A stretch of DNA of 64,000 bases from Eukaryota sp. GEM-RC1. Its lineage: Eukaryota. The stretch covers positions 1,240,001-1,304,000 of the forward strand of contig JAUFOQ010000017.1 of assembly GCA_040285855.1 (NCBI GenBank). Direction: 5' to 3'. Of this stretch, positions 1 through 13,119 are shown in pieces. The position numbers and the translations under genes were made by a program. The notes under the pieces were generated by a model. That model searched no databases. It saw nothing but the letters and a program-made list of their open reading frames with translations, and had not been told where the DNA came from. The stretch's first letter is position 1, and each line of letters opens with the position of its first letter.

Positions 1-1290
1 AGCCCTTCTAATCGCTCTCGCAATCCGACCTCCAAATCATAACCCTGAGAATGATTGACAAATCTATCATGGCAAAGATTCCACCGACGAAGCTGGCGAA
101 TCTCTTTATCACCACCTCCACGTTTTGTTTTGTTATCACTGGTACGACTACACCCATAGTAATCACCATGCGACCTCCAATCAGCCATACAGGACCAACA
201 AAATTCGTAACGACACGATGAACACGTCATATGAAGACAACCTCTAAAATTAGTAATCATTTAAATAATTAAACATACCCATTCTTTTCAATCTTTTTAG
301 CACAACTAGGACACTCCTTTGTGTTCTCCTTTAGCCAAATACTTGACAACTTATCCAGAGCACCTTTATCTTCCCACACCTTCACGTCATCACAACTAGC
401 AGGTCGATGATCCTCTTGAAAGGCGCATTTAGGACAGAATGTCTTACCACAAGCACATTCTAAAAAGTCTGGGGTTGGGTCTGGTTTAGAAACAATTCTA
501 CAACATCCTGGATGAGGGCAGTAAACATATCTACGTGAGGAAGTAACGAAATGATCAACCAAGTACTTCTCGTATTTGGCTCTCACGTCATCAGAAACTT
601 TACTGACTACGAACTCGGGGTCGGCAATCACAGGACAATCAGCCATGAGGATACACTTGATCTCTACTGAGTTGGAACCTTCTATTTGACTCTTGAGATA
701 GACCGAGTAACATTCAGCACATCCAGCGTGACCACAGCATAGGCAGTACCAGGGATCTTCTATTTCCATGTAGCAGGCCTGGCAGTGAGTGTTGACGGGA
801 ACTTTTGGCGGGAAAACTAAGGACTTGTCAATTTTGAGATATTTGGAGTCAGATATGAGAGCCATTCCTTTCTCAGCGTAGAGTTCACACAGCTTGGAGA
901 AGTCCCACTTGAGGCGGCTGAGGAGAGCGAGAATGCAATGGAGGGAGGGAGGCGGGTGAGCTCGGTTGTTCTGGATATTTCGTAGTAGATGCAATTAAGA
1001 AGTTCTTCTTGTGAGAATGTTGTACCCCCCGAGGACTGAGCATGCACGGGGGTGGAGGTCATGGGAACATGTACAAAGTCTGAGCTAGGCGAGAAGTCGT
1101 CTAATCCTTCGAACTCTTCAAGTGAGAACGACGAAAGTATGTTGTTCGAGCCCAATAGTTCATGAGATGGAACGCTCTGTGAAGATTGAAGAACGTCCGT
1201 TCCGGTGTCTTGAGAAGAATAAGTACCGTCACTCTTAGGGATTTTTGGAGGCGGAATGCCCTGAGAGGCGTTGTGTTGCAGATGGTACAT
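1..1290 (-). CDS. ARIH: Ariadne-type RBR E3 ubiquitin ligase (runs off window start; frameshifted; one intron)
   Basis: RING1 (CQACY..CGHAGCAEC..C), IBR (YCPHPGC..CACGKTFCPKC..H..ASC), RING2 (TKECPSC..IEKNG|GCLHMTCSSCRYEFCWSC after removing intron 244-278), then Ariadne-like 'LRRWNLCHDRFVNHSQGYDLE'. Frame breaks near 930 and 125. Confidence 0.9.
244..278 (-). other. 35-nt spliceosomal intron
   Basis: Minus strand GTATGT...TACTAATTTTAG; splicing restores the KNG-GCLHMTC RING2 motif. Confidence 0.9.
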
Positions 1291-1487
1291 GACAAAAGTA
1301 CAATTTACAAAAACTTTAATAATTCCCACTATAAGTTAATACACAAGTATGTATTTAGGAGACTCTACCAATGTTCACAATGAGTTCGATTAACCGCAAT
1401 TCAATAAAAAACTAAGACTAAATCCAAAATACTTCATCTTTGTTTAATAAAAGACTTCGATTTTCGACAAAATTCCTAGGTATTGTC

Positions 1488-2246
1488 CAGGCGTGGGAAA
1501 ACAATATTGCAATAAATATTTATATTTTTTAGCCACAAAATAAATATTGCAATTCTGAAATAGTGCCAATAAATATTGCAATTATTCGACCAATATTGCA
1601 ATATTGCAACAACATGAATCAAATTATGTATTTATTACAAAAAAACTCACATATTCTATTGTTCATCATCATCAAAATTATCCGAAATAATCTCAATACC
1701 GTTATCTACATCTTGAAATTTGAGAAACCGCTCCCAGATTTAACAAAGAGGGGTGTAGTATCAGGGCATTTTCTGCACTTCCAGGCTGTTTTTCCTTCGG
1801 GAGTATTGCTTGGTTGAGAATCTAACTTCGTACAGTAGAATAGTGCTGTTTCTTTGGGCTTCGTCATTAGAAGTAATTATGACAATGTAGAATCAGAAGT
1901 GTGAGGGAAAGAATTTACATTGTACTTCTAGTTCACAGTCGAACTGAGCTCAAATGACAGACATTATGACAATACACCAACTACAATTCATTACCGATAA
2001 ATCAACTCTCATTATATTTAAACACATAAGACAACAAACCTGGTTTTGGAAGTCCAAATGATGATGCAAAACAACGAAATGAACAACTCAAAGTATATTG
2101 ACCAATATTTCAATATTGAAATATTGAAATGTTGCAATAATTAACCGGTGTAACAATAAATATTGCTCCACCTCAAAGAGCGGAAATAAATATTGGAGCA
2201 ATATTTATTGCAATATTGGAAGAGCAATATTGTTTTCCCACCCCTG
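1488..2246. mobile_element. Non-autonomous hAT-like TIR element (MITE), 759 bp
   Basis: TIR CAGG(C/G)GTGGGAAAACAATATTGC at both ends; perfect 8-bp TSD GTATTGTC (1480-1487, 2247-2254); subterminal AATATTG repeats. Confidence 0.9.
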
Positions 2247-2364
2247 GTATTGTCCCTACAGAGTACATGTACAGTAGGACTGTTTCATATTCTTGCAACA
2301 GATACGTTCACGACAAGGAAAACCCCCTACAACATCAGAAAAACGAGGACACCACCACATTGAC

Positions 2365-3769
2365 TCAACAGATCTTCAAGAAAGAAGTAATTGCTGACCT
2401 TGACTGCACAGTCTAAAAAAAGGAACATAAAGATCATCAGATTTTACTAGATTTGGTAGTGTCCCTGATAGATTAATCCTTGACCGAGAAAGTGATCGTA
2501 TAGTGAGCTTTAGTTCAATCATATCTGCAATCACTTCCAGCACTTCGTCTTGTTGAATTCTTGCACATTCTCCTACCAGACAGCCGTAAACCAGATTCTG
2601 AGCACAAAATGAATGTGAATCATTTAACGAAAGAATGCCTTTTTAGAGATCCTTGATTTTGGAATGATTCCAACAATTACGCCAGCAGCATTTTGACTCT
2701 TGAAGGTTATGTTCCACGTGTAAACAACTCCAGGTAATAGAGATGGCTGGCCCATACAATTCTTTTTAACCGTAGGACCTGAGAAAGTTAGCTTCTTTTG
2801 ATCATCAGAAACTTCTAGTTCTAAAAAATTGAAAACATTTGAAAATAAGATATCGTTTGACTCAACTAAGTCGGATTCCAATTCTTCTACTTTTGCTAGT
2901 TTCAATGGTGGCTCTAATGCTGGTAGAGCAGTGCTTTGAGGTGATTCTCGAACTAGAGACGAAGACTGTGAATTTAACAATGATTGTAACTGTTGATTTT
3001 CTTCAACAAGCTTTCCTCTCAACCTTGAGAAATGAAATTCCATTAAAAGTGGAGTAAGTTCTGTATGGGCTTGAAGCTGGGTGAATAGAGAATTCTCTAA
3101 GTCTAAAGCAGGAATTAAATCAATGTCAGCATTTTGAAGAAGTTTTGAAAATTGATCCAAGGTGATTCTTTGCTTTAAATAAGAATTCACCATTGTTTTG
3201 AGGAACCAAGACTGTGATTGCTTAGATTGACAACATTCATTAAGTGATATTAAAGTTTGATTTCTAAGTGTTGGTAAGTTGTCTAAATCTATCTCATCAA
3301 GAGACGAAAGATAACGGCCAATGAATTCAATGGCAGATTCATCATTGTTTTGATCGGCTTCTGCCAAGAACTTGAGGAATAGCGGCCATTCATTGAAAGA
3401 AAGTGGTACAAGTGATGATATTCTGGAAATCAAGTTAGGAATCTCAAAGTATTTGGCTAAAAAGAGAAGTTGGTAATTGTTAGTTCCATGAAAAGGGACT
3501 CCGATGCCATACAAGTAGTGGATAACATGAGAAAGGGAAGTGAGGTCTACGTCAAGGTATGAAAGATCGAAGGGATTTACTCTCTTCTCAACAGATGGAC
3601 TTCCAAACCAGAGACGTTTGAAGAAGTTGGAATGTACTGCCAATACAAAGGTGTTGACTGGGATTACCACGCCTCTGAAGAGAAGAATTTGGTCAGAGAA
3701 ACATCGTTCAGTGAGAATAATGTCTAAAGTACTTGCCGGAGACTCTAAAATGGATGAGGTTTTATCCAT
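2365..3769 (-). CDS. BTB/POZ domain protein with possible C-terminal SPRY-like beta domain
   Basis: 'FSDQILLFRGVVIPVNTFVLAVHSNFFKRLW...VIHYLYG...LLFLAKYFEIPNL' is BTB-like; ORF 2624-3769 appears to continue after a frameshift to a stop at 2365. Confidence 0.8.
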
Positions 3770-4099
3770 ATAACAAACGAATTTTGAATTGACTGTCTAG
3801 GTTTCCCAAAAGCATTTTTCCCAATATATTTCAAATATTTCGATATGATTAGAATGAGTAACGTGTCATTATTCATTGCCTGTTGAGAACTATGCAGAAG
3901 CAGAATTGATCGGAGTCGAATGCCACTGTTCTTGGGATAAATAGAGACATAAAATGGTGTCTCCATTTTCTTCTAATCCCGTTTCAAATTGCTAAAATTT
4001 GAAATTTGAAAGAAAAACAGTTTATTGATGGAGAGTACAAAAATACTTATCATAATAAAAGCTATGAAACACTAGACACAGAAAATTCCTGGTCAACAG

Positions 4100-5240
4100 T
4101 ACCACAGTTTTTATACAACTTTGTCAAAATTGATTTAAAAAGACTTAGGGATTGAACGGAACAATGAAAAAGTCAAACTGTTATGCCAAATTGATAAGTT
4201 TATCTTTTCTGAGACTTACACATAGATCCAAAATCAGTCAAAAACTGAGAAGCCATTTCACCAATACTACCAAAAATAGAAATAGCAAATGGCACAAATA
4301 TAAATTTTGATTGAGTTTAGTAACATCTTTGGAATACAAATCAATATTGCGTTTTTCAGCTGTTTCTAGGTGATTGAAACCTTTTGAATTTAAGCCATTA
4401 ACATAAGTTTGAGCACATAGTTCTACTGTTGTAACATCAAGGATAATTTGACTAGAATCAATAAAAGGACCATGTAAGTCACCTCGACGAGAATTAGTAA
4501 TTATATCAAGACCCAACTTACTAAGTTAAGGTTCAACTTTGGCATGAAGTCCATGAGCTTCAAACATTTCAAATGTAACATCTCTGACAGCATTATGAAG
4601 AACTGAACGAAGTTGAATAAATTTGGGGCAGTTAATTACATGTCTAAAAGTTGTAATGCGACGATGACTACAAACACATTCAAAATTGTTCAGCAATTCT
4701 GCAGGAAACAAACCTAAACGGAATCGCATATCTAATTTCCAAGCCTCATCAGACAAATGCAAACCAAAAGGACGTGGTTGTTGAACGATCAAAAAGTTGA
4801 ATTCTCTATACTATCATTGTATCATTTAAGAAAGCAGTAAATCGGGATCATTTTTTTAGTAACACTAAAACGATCAAAATCCAGGTTTTCAAATGCATTC
4901 AAAAGCTTATTTTGAAGTTTGACCACACACAAAGGGAGAGACAATGGAGATTTTTCAGGAATACTTGGTAAATGAGAAGAAAAACAGCTGTTCCAAATAT
5001 CTAAATCCAAATTGTCGATAACTGAGACTAACGAACTTAGCCAAGGAGTAGAATGAATGAGATTTTCATTAAACAAAAAACCGTATCTGGATCTAAATTC
5101 AAATAGAAAATTCTTCATTCCACCAATAAACGCACTTTTGGTTAAGTATGAAGCTCGTGAAAAGCCCACACCGCCAAAACTAGCCGATGAAAAAACGTGA
5201 TAAGGCAATTTCGAGTCATTAACCTCTACTAGATCACTTA
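4100..5240 (-). mobile_element. 5'-truncated non-LTR retrotransposon relic with restriction-like endonuclease (CRE/R2-group-like)
   Basis: Fragments in order: post-RT 'SSASFGGVGFSRAS..AFIGG', 'MRFRLGL..CVCSH..RHVINC..LHNAVRD' zinc knuckle, 'RRGDL..IILDVTTV..ETAEKRNIDLY' RLE-like motif; several stops and frameshifts. Confidence 0.75.
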
Positions 5241-5277
5241 AATCAATATAAATGAAATTTATGTGTCATGGTCAAAC

Positions 5278-5896
5278 TATACTTGTAAAATACAGGAGTT
5301 TTCATTGGAAAAATACAAAAATACATAAAATACAAAAAAAACATAAAATACGCTAAAGGACAAAGTAAAATACAAACATATCAGTCTGCTAATTTTCTTC
5401 CACGAGTGGTCAACCATAACGGTACAGTATAAGATTGTATTCGTTTCCATTTCCTGCAGGTGGATACAACGATGTCCAACAAAAGTTCAAGGTTGATCTC
5501 CACTAATTCACTGATTCCAGCATCTGCGTCCTGGACCAGGTGCTCCTTCTTATGTTCCAAGAGTTACTTCTTGGATTGTTAGGATGAATTAAGGAAAGAG
5601 ACTACTAGTACATCATAGAGAGGTTGATGAACAGAATTTGTTCAATTTCACAGATTGAGTTTGATAAATGCAAGTAAATCTTAACCAAATGGTATGGAAG
5701 ATCTGAACCAAAGGGAAACTGCATCTGAAACTAACACTTGATATCATTATAATGCACACAAATGAGCGGACGAAGCACTTGTCAAGCATATTGTAAAATA
5801 CAGTAAAGTACAGTTTGTATTTTAAATCACACCTTTTGAAAAATACGTAAAATGCAAAAATACATAAAATACAGATTTTTGTATTTTACAAGTATG
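5278..5896. mobile_element. TIR element (MITE), 619 bp
   Basis: TIR (T/C)ATACTTGTAAAATAC; 8-bp TSD GGTCAAAC/GTTCAAAC (1 mismatch); subterminal AAAATAC repeats. Confidence 0.8.
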
Positions 5897-6134
5897 GTTC
5901 AAACCAAGTCAGTACGTACTTCAATTTCAAATCAATCGAAAATAGAATCAATTGTGTATTCCAAAAACCAGGGCTGTTTTGGCAGAAAAAGGATGTACAT
6001 GAAAAGATAAAGAAGTCGAAGACAACTAGTCCAGTGGTTTGTCTTGGTTAATCTGATTAATCTGATAATGCAAATTTGCTTACTAAGGAGAATTAAACTT
6101 CCAAACATCACTCACTAAAACTAATGTCCACTTT

Positions 6135-6914
6135 ATGCTTCTCGACTTTGTCCTTGATATATTCATCACAGAACTGCAACTGATTAACAATCTGACTGTT
6201 CAAGATTGGAAGCTTTCCTTTCTAGATTATTCCATACTACCATTACAGCTAAACTCTGGTCTCACCTGCCACTTCCAATCAGACCTTTCGTCCTTTTCCT
6301 TAGTTTGTTCACAGCATTCCATTGATCTTCATTCTGCAGATCATTTTTGTTTCACCTCACTTCGATTAGAACTCCCCTCGTCCTTTCAGATCTTTTCATC
6401 TACTTCTGCTGTTCTATCACACTCCTTCAAGTGTAAGATTAGAAACTGCCAGGATTCTACTCCCATTGGCTCCCTCCTCCTTGTCATAAACCTCACTTGT
6501 TCCTTACCAGCCACTTCAGTTGCCGCCACTTCTCCACCAGCCACTTCTCCAACACCTCCATCTACGAAGGATATTAATACATCTCCTGCCTTCCGTCAAA
6601 GTCCTCCCTCAAAATCTGTCTCTGTACCAGCTCCTTCCAATTCGAGTTCTTCTCCTTCTGTTTCTGTTTCTCCTAGGGTTAACAAGTGTGAGTCGTCTAC
6701 GACAACTAATGATTTTGTTTCTGTGGTAAGGGGCAGTCAAACAATCCAATCAAGGTCAAAATCAAGGAATAATTATTTCAGAACTTTTGAAAAATTCAAA
6801 ATTGATGATCACCCTCCGCCACTTTTTTTTAAAAAAAGTAGCACTGGTTTGCTTTTGTCGAATTACTGGTTGTTCACGACAATTTATTATTTTTGTTTTT
6901 TGAATTGGCCTTAA
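6135..6914 (+). CDS. Probable microtubule-associated protein 10 (MAP10)-like protein
   Basis: 259-aa ORF; 'FVLDIFITEL..LSFLDY..SGLTCHF', 'PIGSLLLVINL' and 'PPPLFF' resemble the MAP10 N-terminal domain; S/P-rich linker. Recognised by eye only. Confidence 0.45.
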   Translation: MLLDFVLDIFITELQLINNLTVQDWKLSFLDYSILPLQLNSGLTCHFQSDLSSFSLVCSQHSIDLHSADHFCFTSLRLELPSSFQIFSSTSAVLSHSFKCKIRNCQDSTPIGSLLLVINLTCSLPATSVAATSPPATSPTPPSTKDINTSPAFRQSPPSKSVSVPAPSNSSSSPSVSVSPRVNKCESSTTTNDFVSVVRGSQTIQSRSKSRNNYFRTFEKFKIDDHPPPLFFKKSSTGLLLSNYWLFTTIYYFCFLNWP

Positions 6915-7929
6915 TATTTAAATTAACATTGTCGCCTTTTTTGACTTACTTGATCTGAATTTGAAGCAGATTTTTCTCAAAGTTAAATAGTTGATGATTT
7001 TAAATTAACCAATGTTTCTTAGATACTTCAATTTCAGTAGTTTACGGGCTTGTAGAGAACATCATCTATGATGGAAATCTCAAAGTTAACAGATCTCGGA
7101 GTGACACTAAGACGCTAAATCACTGTATTAATGTTTATCTTTTAGTGGATTTCCCGAACTGTTAGTGTTGACTTGCTGTAACTATGATATTTTTGGTTCA
7201 AATTCAATCAGTTACAAACACTCTAGAGATAAATTGCCGATAATAACAATGTTTATCCATGTTAATCATTCAGTCACAAAAAACAAGAATATATTGATAC
7301 AAATCTCAGCATTGTAGCATAGTTTCTCAAAGACACCGTCTAGGTTGAAATCCGTTTGTTAATCTCTCATAGGCTCTTTTTAAAGGTCTAAATCAAGATT
7401 AGCTGGAACTCTGAAATTTAAATTAAATAAGTTGACCAAGGACAACTGTTGGTTTTTCCCAACGTGTTTCTTTGTTTTGTAGTTCATATATACATTTTCG
7501 TGCACAAGAGCAAATAACATTCTAACATCAAGATCAAATATTTCTAGCAATTGATGAACTGATACATATTCTTGTCGTTACAGAGTCACTTTAGAAACGA
7601 ACATGCACCGCTAACAGCATTGAATTCAAAATTGAGACCAGTCACTAATTAGTTTGAATCAGACTAAATGTTGTTTGCCTACTTTAGACGAGTGCTTTAG
7701 AATTCAATCAATCTGTAGCATATTAACAATTTCTTCAGCCTATCTTATCTTTCTAAACGGGGATCCAATTGACAATTACTAAAGACACAATAGAACTGTC
7801 ACGTGGATCAGTTTAATCTCATGTTTTGATCGTCAAGCAAAATAGTTACTCTGATTCAGACTAATGAGGTGTAGTTCCTGTAATACAGTACAGTATGTAA
7901 AATCACTATTATTACTAGAAGTGACATAT

Positions 7930-10900
7930 TTACAATAAATTAATTCTCCCAAAAAGGAAGTGACATAAGCATTCCAGATAAACAGTGAATAAACGAAACG
8001 TAATAGTTAAAGTACTGGTATTTACTGGTCTAATTTACGATATTCTGAAGGAATATATTGTTCACAGCATGAAAAGAAAATGTAAAATTGTTGAGAATTC
8101 GCTTTATCATCACGTAATCAGATAACGTCATCATGTCCTCAGCAACAATCCAACAACATTAAATTTACAATACAAGGGAACAAAAACTATACAATACAAC
8201 GTTCTATTATCAAGATCTTGATAAAACAATCGGAATAAACTCAAAATCATTAGTAAGTTGATGTTTAAATTGAAGAACCTTAGAATCATCAACGTCACCG
8301 AAATGATTGATTGCAATGGCAGTCAAAAAGAAATCAACTAAATAAACCTCTACTTTCTGTATAACACCCACCGAGACCTCATCCGGTAGGACATAACTTT
8401 CTTCAATAAAAGACTTACACAAAGAATCGAGTTTGGACAATAAACCATTAGAAATATCCGTCGTTAAATCTACTAATCTTAGTTTGAGGCACAAAACATC
8501 CACAACATCTAAAAAGATGACATAGCACATTAAATAAGTGAGGAGAAGATGATTGAGGTGCTAAAACGGTTAGATTGTAATGCAGATCATTGGAAAAAGT
8601 CTGCCTTTTGAGACAGAAAGACGGACATGCATCAATGGACCGCAGCGATTGAAAGATGTTGTAAAACATTTCTAGTAGTAAATCAGCAGCAAAGACTTCA
8701 GGACAATATTCAATTATTTTACTGATCATTTGGATTAGGTGATTGTGGATAGCATCTTTTAAAAATTTGTCGGTGAGATACATATTTCGACAATTCTTTT
8801 CAGAAACTAGCATAGAATGCTTTGAGTTAGAGGTAGTATTAACAGAAATGATTAGGGACAATAGAAATTTTAAATAAACTGTTAGAGACTTTTGAGACAA
8901 AATTTCAATTTTTTCAGGGCAATTATCAATAAAAGCAACGAAATTCTGTAAACATTCATGTAGTACTTCGGCTATTAAGGAGCTGTTACGTGTAGAAAAC
9001 GAAACAATTGTGGAGAGAGTTTTTGTGAATAAAAGTAGAAAAGAATCATCCAACTGCCCCGCAATCGAAAAGAAAGTGGCATCAGTATTTAAAATTTGAT
9101 TAGAATAGTTGGGGGTAAAATTAACAGAAAAGTCAAATTTTTCAGAGATTCCATTTGAGATTCATAGTTTTCAAAATTCTCGACGGTTTGGACCGCAGAT
9201 TCAAAATTGTCGATATGATCTTCATGATGTGGTTCAGAGCTTTGGAAATCTTTTACATTATATTGTTCATCTTGAATTTCAGGAACAGAATTTTGAACAA
9301 TTTCCACTTCAGATTCTGAATTTTCAACATTATCAGCATCAAAATGTTCATCTTGAATTTCAGGAACAGAATTTTGAACAATTTCCACTTCAGATTCTGA
9401 ATTTTCAACATTATCAGCATCAAAATGTTCATCTTGAATTTCAGGAACAGAATTTTGAACAATTTCCACTTCAGATTCTGAACTTTCAACATTATCAGTA
9501 TCAAATTGTTCATCTTGAATTTCAGGAACAGAATTTTGAACAATTTCCACTTCAGATTCTGAATTTTCAACATTATCAGCATCAAAATGTTCATCTTGAA
9601 TTTCAGGAACAGAATTTTGAACAATTTCCACTTCAGATTCTGAATTTTCAACATTATCAGCATCAAAATGTTCATCTTGAATTTCAGGAACAGAATTTTG
9701 AACAATTTCCACTTCAGATTCTGAACTTTCAACATTATCAGTATCAAATTGTTCATCTTGAATTTCAGGAACAGAATTTTGAACAATTACCGCTTCAGAT
9801 TCTGAATTTTCAACATTATCAGCATCAAAATGTTCATCTTGAATTTCAGGAACAGAATTTTGAACAATTTCCACTTCAGATTCTGAATTTTCAACATTAT
9901 CAGCATCAAAATGTTCATCTTGAATTTCAGGAACAGAATTTTGAACAATTACCGCTTCAGATTCTGAATTTTCAACATTATCAGCATCAAAATGTTCATC
10001 TTGAATTTCAGGAACAGAATTTTGAACAATTACCGCTTCAGATTCTGAATTTTCAACATTATCAGCATCAAAATGTTCATCTTGAATTTCAGGAACATAC
10101 TTTTCAACAATTTCTGCTTCAGATTCTGAACTTTCAACATTATCAGCATCAAATTGTTCATCTTGAATTTCAGGTACAGACTTTTCAACAATTTCCACTT
10201 CAGATTCTGAACTTTCAACATTATCAGTATCAAATTGTTCATCTTGAATTTCAGGAACAGACTTTTCAACAATTTCCACTTCAGATTCTGAACTTTCAAC
10301 ATTATCAGCATCAAATTGTTCATCTTGAATTTCAGATACAGAATTTTCAACAATTTCCACTTCAGATTCTGAACTTTCAACATTATCAGCATCAAATTGT
10401 TCATCTTGAATTTCAGATACAGAATTTTCAACAATTTCCACTTCAGATTCTGAATTTTCAACATTATCAGTATCAAATTGTTCATCTTGAATTTCAGGTA
10501 CAGACTTTTCAACAATTTCCGCTTCAGATTCTGAATTTTCAACATTATCAGCATCAAATTGTTCATCTTGAATTTCAGGTACAGAATTTTCAACAATTTC
10601 CACTTCAGATTCTGAACTTTCAACATTATCAGCATCAAATTGTTCATCTTGAATTTCAGGTACAGAATTTTGAACAGTTTCCACTTCAGATTCTGAACTT
10701 TCAACAATATCAGTATCAAATTGTTCATCTTGAATTTCAGGAACAGAATTTTGAACAGTTTCCACTTCAGATTCTGAACTTTCAACAATATCAGTATCAA
10801 ATTGTTCATCTTGAATTTCAGGAACAGACTTTTCAACAATTTCCGCTTCAGATTCTGAACTTTCAACATTATCATCATCAAATTGTTCATCTTGAATTTC

Positions 10901-13029
10901 AGGAACAGACTTTTCAACAATTTCCGCTTCAGATTCTGAACTTTCAACATTATCATCATCAAATTGTTCATCTTGAATTTCAGGTACATAATTTTGAACA
11001 ATTTCCGCTTCAGATTCTGAACTTTCTACAATATCAACATCAAATTGTTCATCTTGAATTTCAGGTACAGAATTTTGAACAATTTCCGCTTCAGATTCTG
11101 AACTTTCTACAATATCAACATCAAATTGTTCATCTTGAATTTCAGGTACAGAATTTTGAACAATTTCCGCTTCAGATTCTGAACTTCCACCATGATGACG
11201 CTCAGCATCTGCTTCAGAGTCTTTACCATAATCACCATTGTCAAAGTGCTCATCAACAAAATCACCACGAACAGTATCCGAATCAAACTTACCAGAGCAT
11301 TCCTGTAATCCATTGTCAAACTTTTCGATACTAACTCGGAAAAGGTCTGACCCTCATCAACGTCATCAATAACGTCATCATCGACTATGTGATTGATCTT
11401 AGAATTATCATGACTGTGTTCAATATCCACAAACGTTGAAACAGTTTCGACAACATCTGCATTAGAAGGTAGGGATTCGCAATCAATCACATTTGATAGT
11501 GGCACGTCATCTTTGGACAAAAACTGACTGGAGCTTGGTAGAGGATTAGACGAAAATATTTCTGTAATTTTTTTGAATTTTTTCATTGCTAGTAGATCAA
11601 AATTGGGTGCTAGAATTAAATTTTCTAATGATTTATGATCAACAATTACTTGTTGAAATTGATGATCGAAAACCATTTCAAATACTGCTCCAATAGAGAC
11701 AAATGAATTTGAAAAATCAACAAATTGTAAATAATCTGCAGACGTTAAAAAATTCGACATTGTACTACATAGCTGGTCATCATCAGATGTCACTAATTTT
11801 TTAAAATTACAAGCGGATAAACTGACTAGACAAGAGTTTTGAATATTCCCTAAAACATTTAAAAATAGATCTGAATCAATTAAAATCTTATCAACAATTA
11901 ATTCCTCAATTAAACTGAAAACAATCAACAATCCATCAAAATTTGATTGCGAAAAGAAACACTGACTAAGATTCAACTTTTTAACTCCAATATCAGCAAT
12001 AACTGTGGCTAATTCATCAAATCCACCAGTAGAGATCATAGTCGAAGACAAATCTAAAACGGAAAGTGATCGTAACTCGGTCAAAATCAAAACGACAGAA
12101 TCAGCATTCAGATCATTTCCACTAAGATCAAGCTCAGATACATTGCTCTTGGACAAGGCCTTTCCTAGTAAAGAGCAATGAGTCATTGAAAGTCCAGTGC
12201 CACGTAGCACGAGACGTGATAGATTACACGACAAAACAATCAATTTTGATAGATTCAGCACACACATGTCATCCAACTGATTACATCCCAAATCTAAATT
12301 CTGTAGCACAGAGTTGCGATCCAATGAAGACACCAAAGCATCAAGAGATGAAGGTAAAAGGTTTGTACGGGAAAGGTTCAAGTGTGATAGACGTAGTTGA
12401 CAGCGTGGTTTGAAGAAGGTAGTAAGCCCTGGTTCAAGGTTAGGGTTGTTAGAGAAGTCAATGTGGGTGAGAGAGGAGTTAGAGGAAAGGACACGTGATA
12501 GGGAATGCAGGAGAGCGGGATGGAGGTTGGTTGAGGAGAGAGATAAGTCTGTGAGGTTTCGAAGAGAACAGATGAGATCAGAGAAAGCCATGATAGAAGG
12601 TTTGGAGGGGAAAACAGGACCATGAAGTGAAAGGTGTGAGAGGGAATGTAGTTGGGAGCAAGAGTGGTGAAGGGATCTGAAGAGAAAAGTAAAAGGGCAG
12701 TGATTAGGGTAGTCTGTACTAACTGCAGAGACAAATCCAGAGATTGACAGTGATGAGAGATTGCATCTAACCAAAAGATGCACTAGGCATGATGTGACGA
12801 GAGTAGTAGATAAGGGAAACAAAGAAGATAAAAGGGATTTACGGAAAAATGAAACAGAACCAACATGAAAGCGTCTAGTTGAAACTGTATTCAGAAGAGA
12901 CGCTAGTTCTTCTTCTGTGGATATTTGATCAAGACAGATCTGCAAATTCGATATGGCAGAATCGTTAGGAAAAGCGGAGAGAAGAGCATCACTTTCAACC
13001 TCAGTTGGAGGTAGAGTGAGCCAATGCAT
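7930..13029 (-). CDS. Large RNI-like leucine-rich repeat protein with central acidic 27-aa tandem repeats (frameshifted)
   Basis: LRRs (LTDLSLSSTNL, LTHIDFSNN, LQNLDLGCNQL, VSELDLSGNDL) in 11107-13089. Continues via a frame change near 11320 into the EIQDEQFD repeats (9089-10765 ORF) and via further shifts into the 8448-9053 and 8210-8530 ORFs. The single-gene model is inferred. Confidence 0.7.
9265..11190. repeat. 81-bp tandem repeat array, about 24 copies (coding: EIQDEQFDADNVESSESEVEIVENSVP)
   Basis: Unit GTTCATCTTGAATTTCAGG... recurs every 81 nt (9265, 9346, ...). Confidence 0.95.
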
Positions 13030-13119
13030 TTGAAGATGTTGAAAGTGACAATTGACGTGAAAAGTTAGTTGTTGAAAGTCAATCCTCAAAATTACCTTTT
13101 CTGAACTCTTTTATTAAGT

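Noticed and set aside
9265..11190. Possible CRISPR-like array
   Set aside because: Contiguous 81-bp units with no unique spacers, in frame within a eukaryotic protein.
9109..11334. 741-aa plus-strand ORF and the MFKIL-type minus-strand ORFs
   Set aside because: Shadow frames of a stop-free 81-bp repeat; the acidic frame fits the flanking LRR gene.
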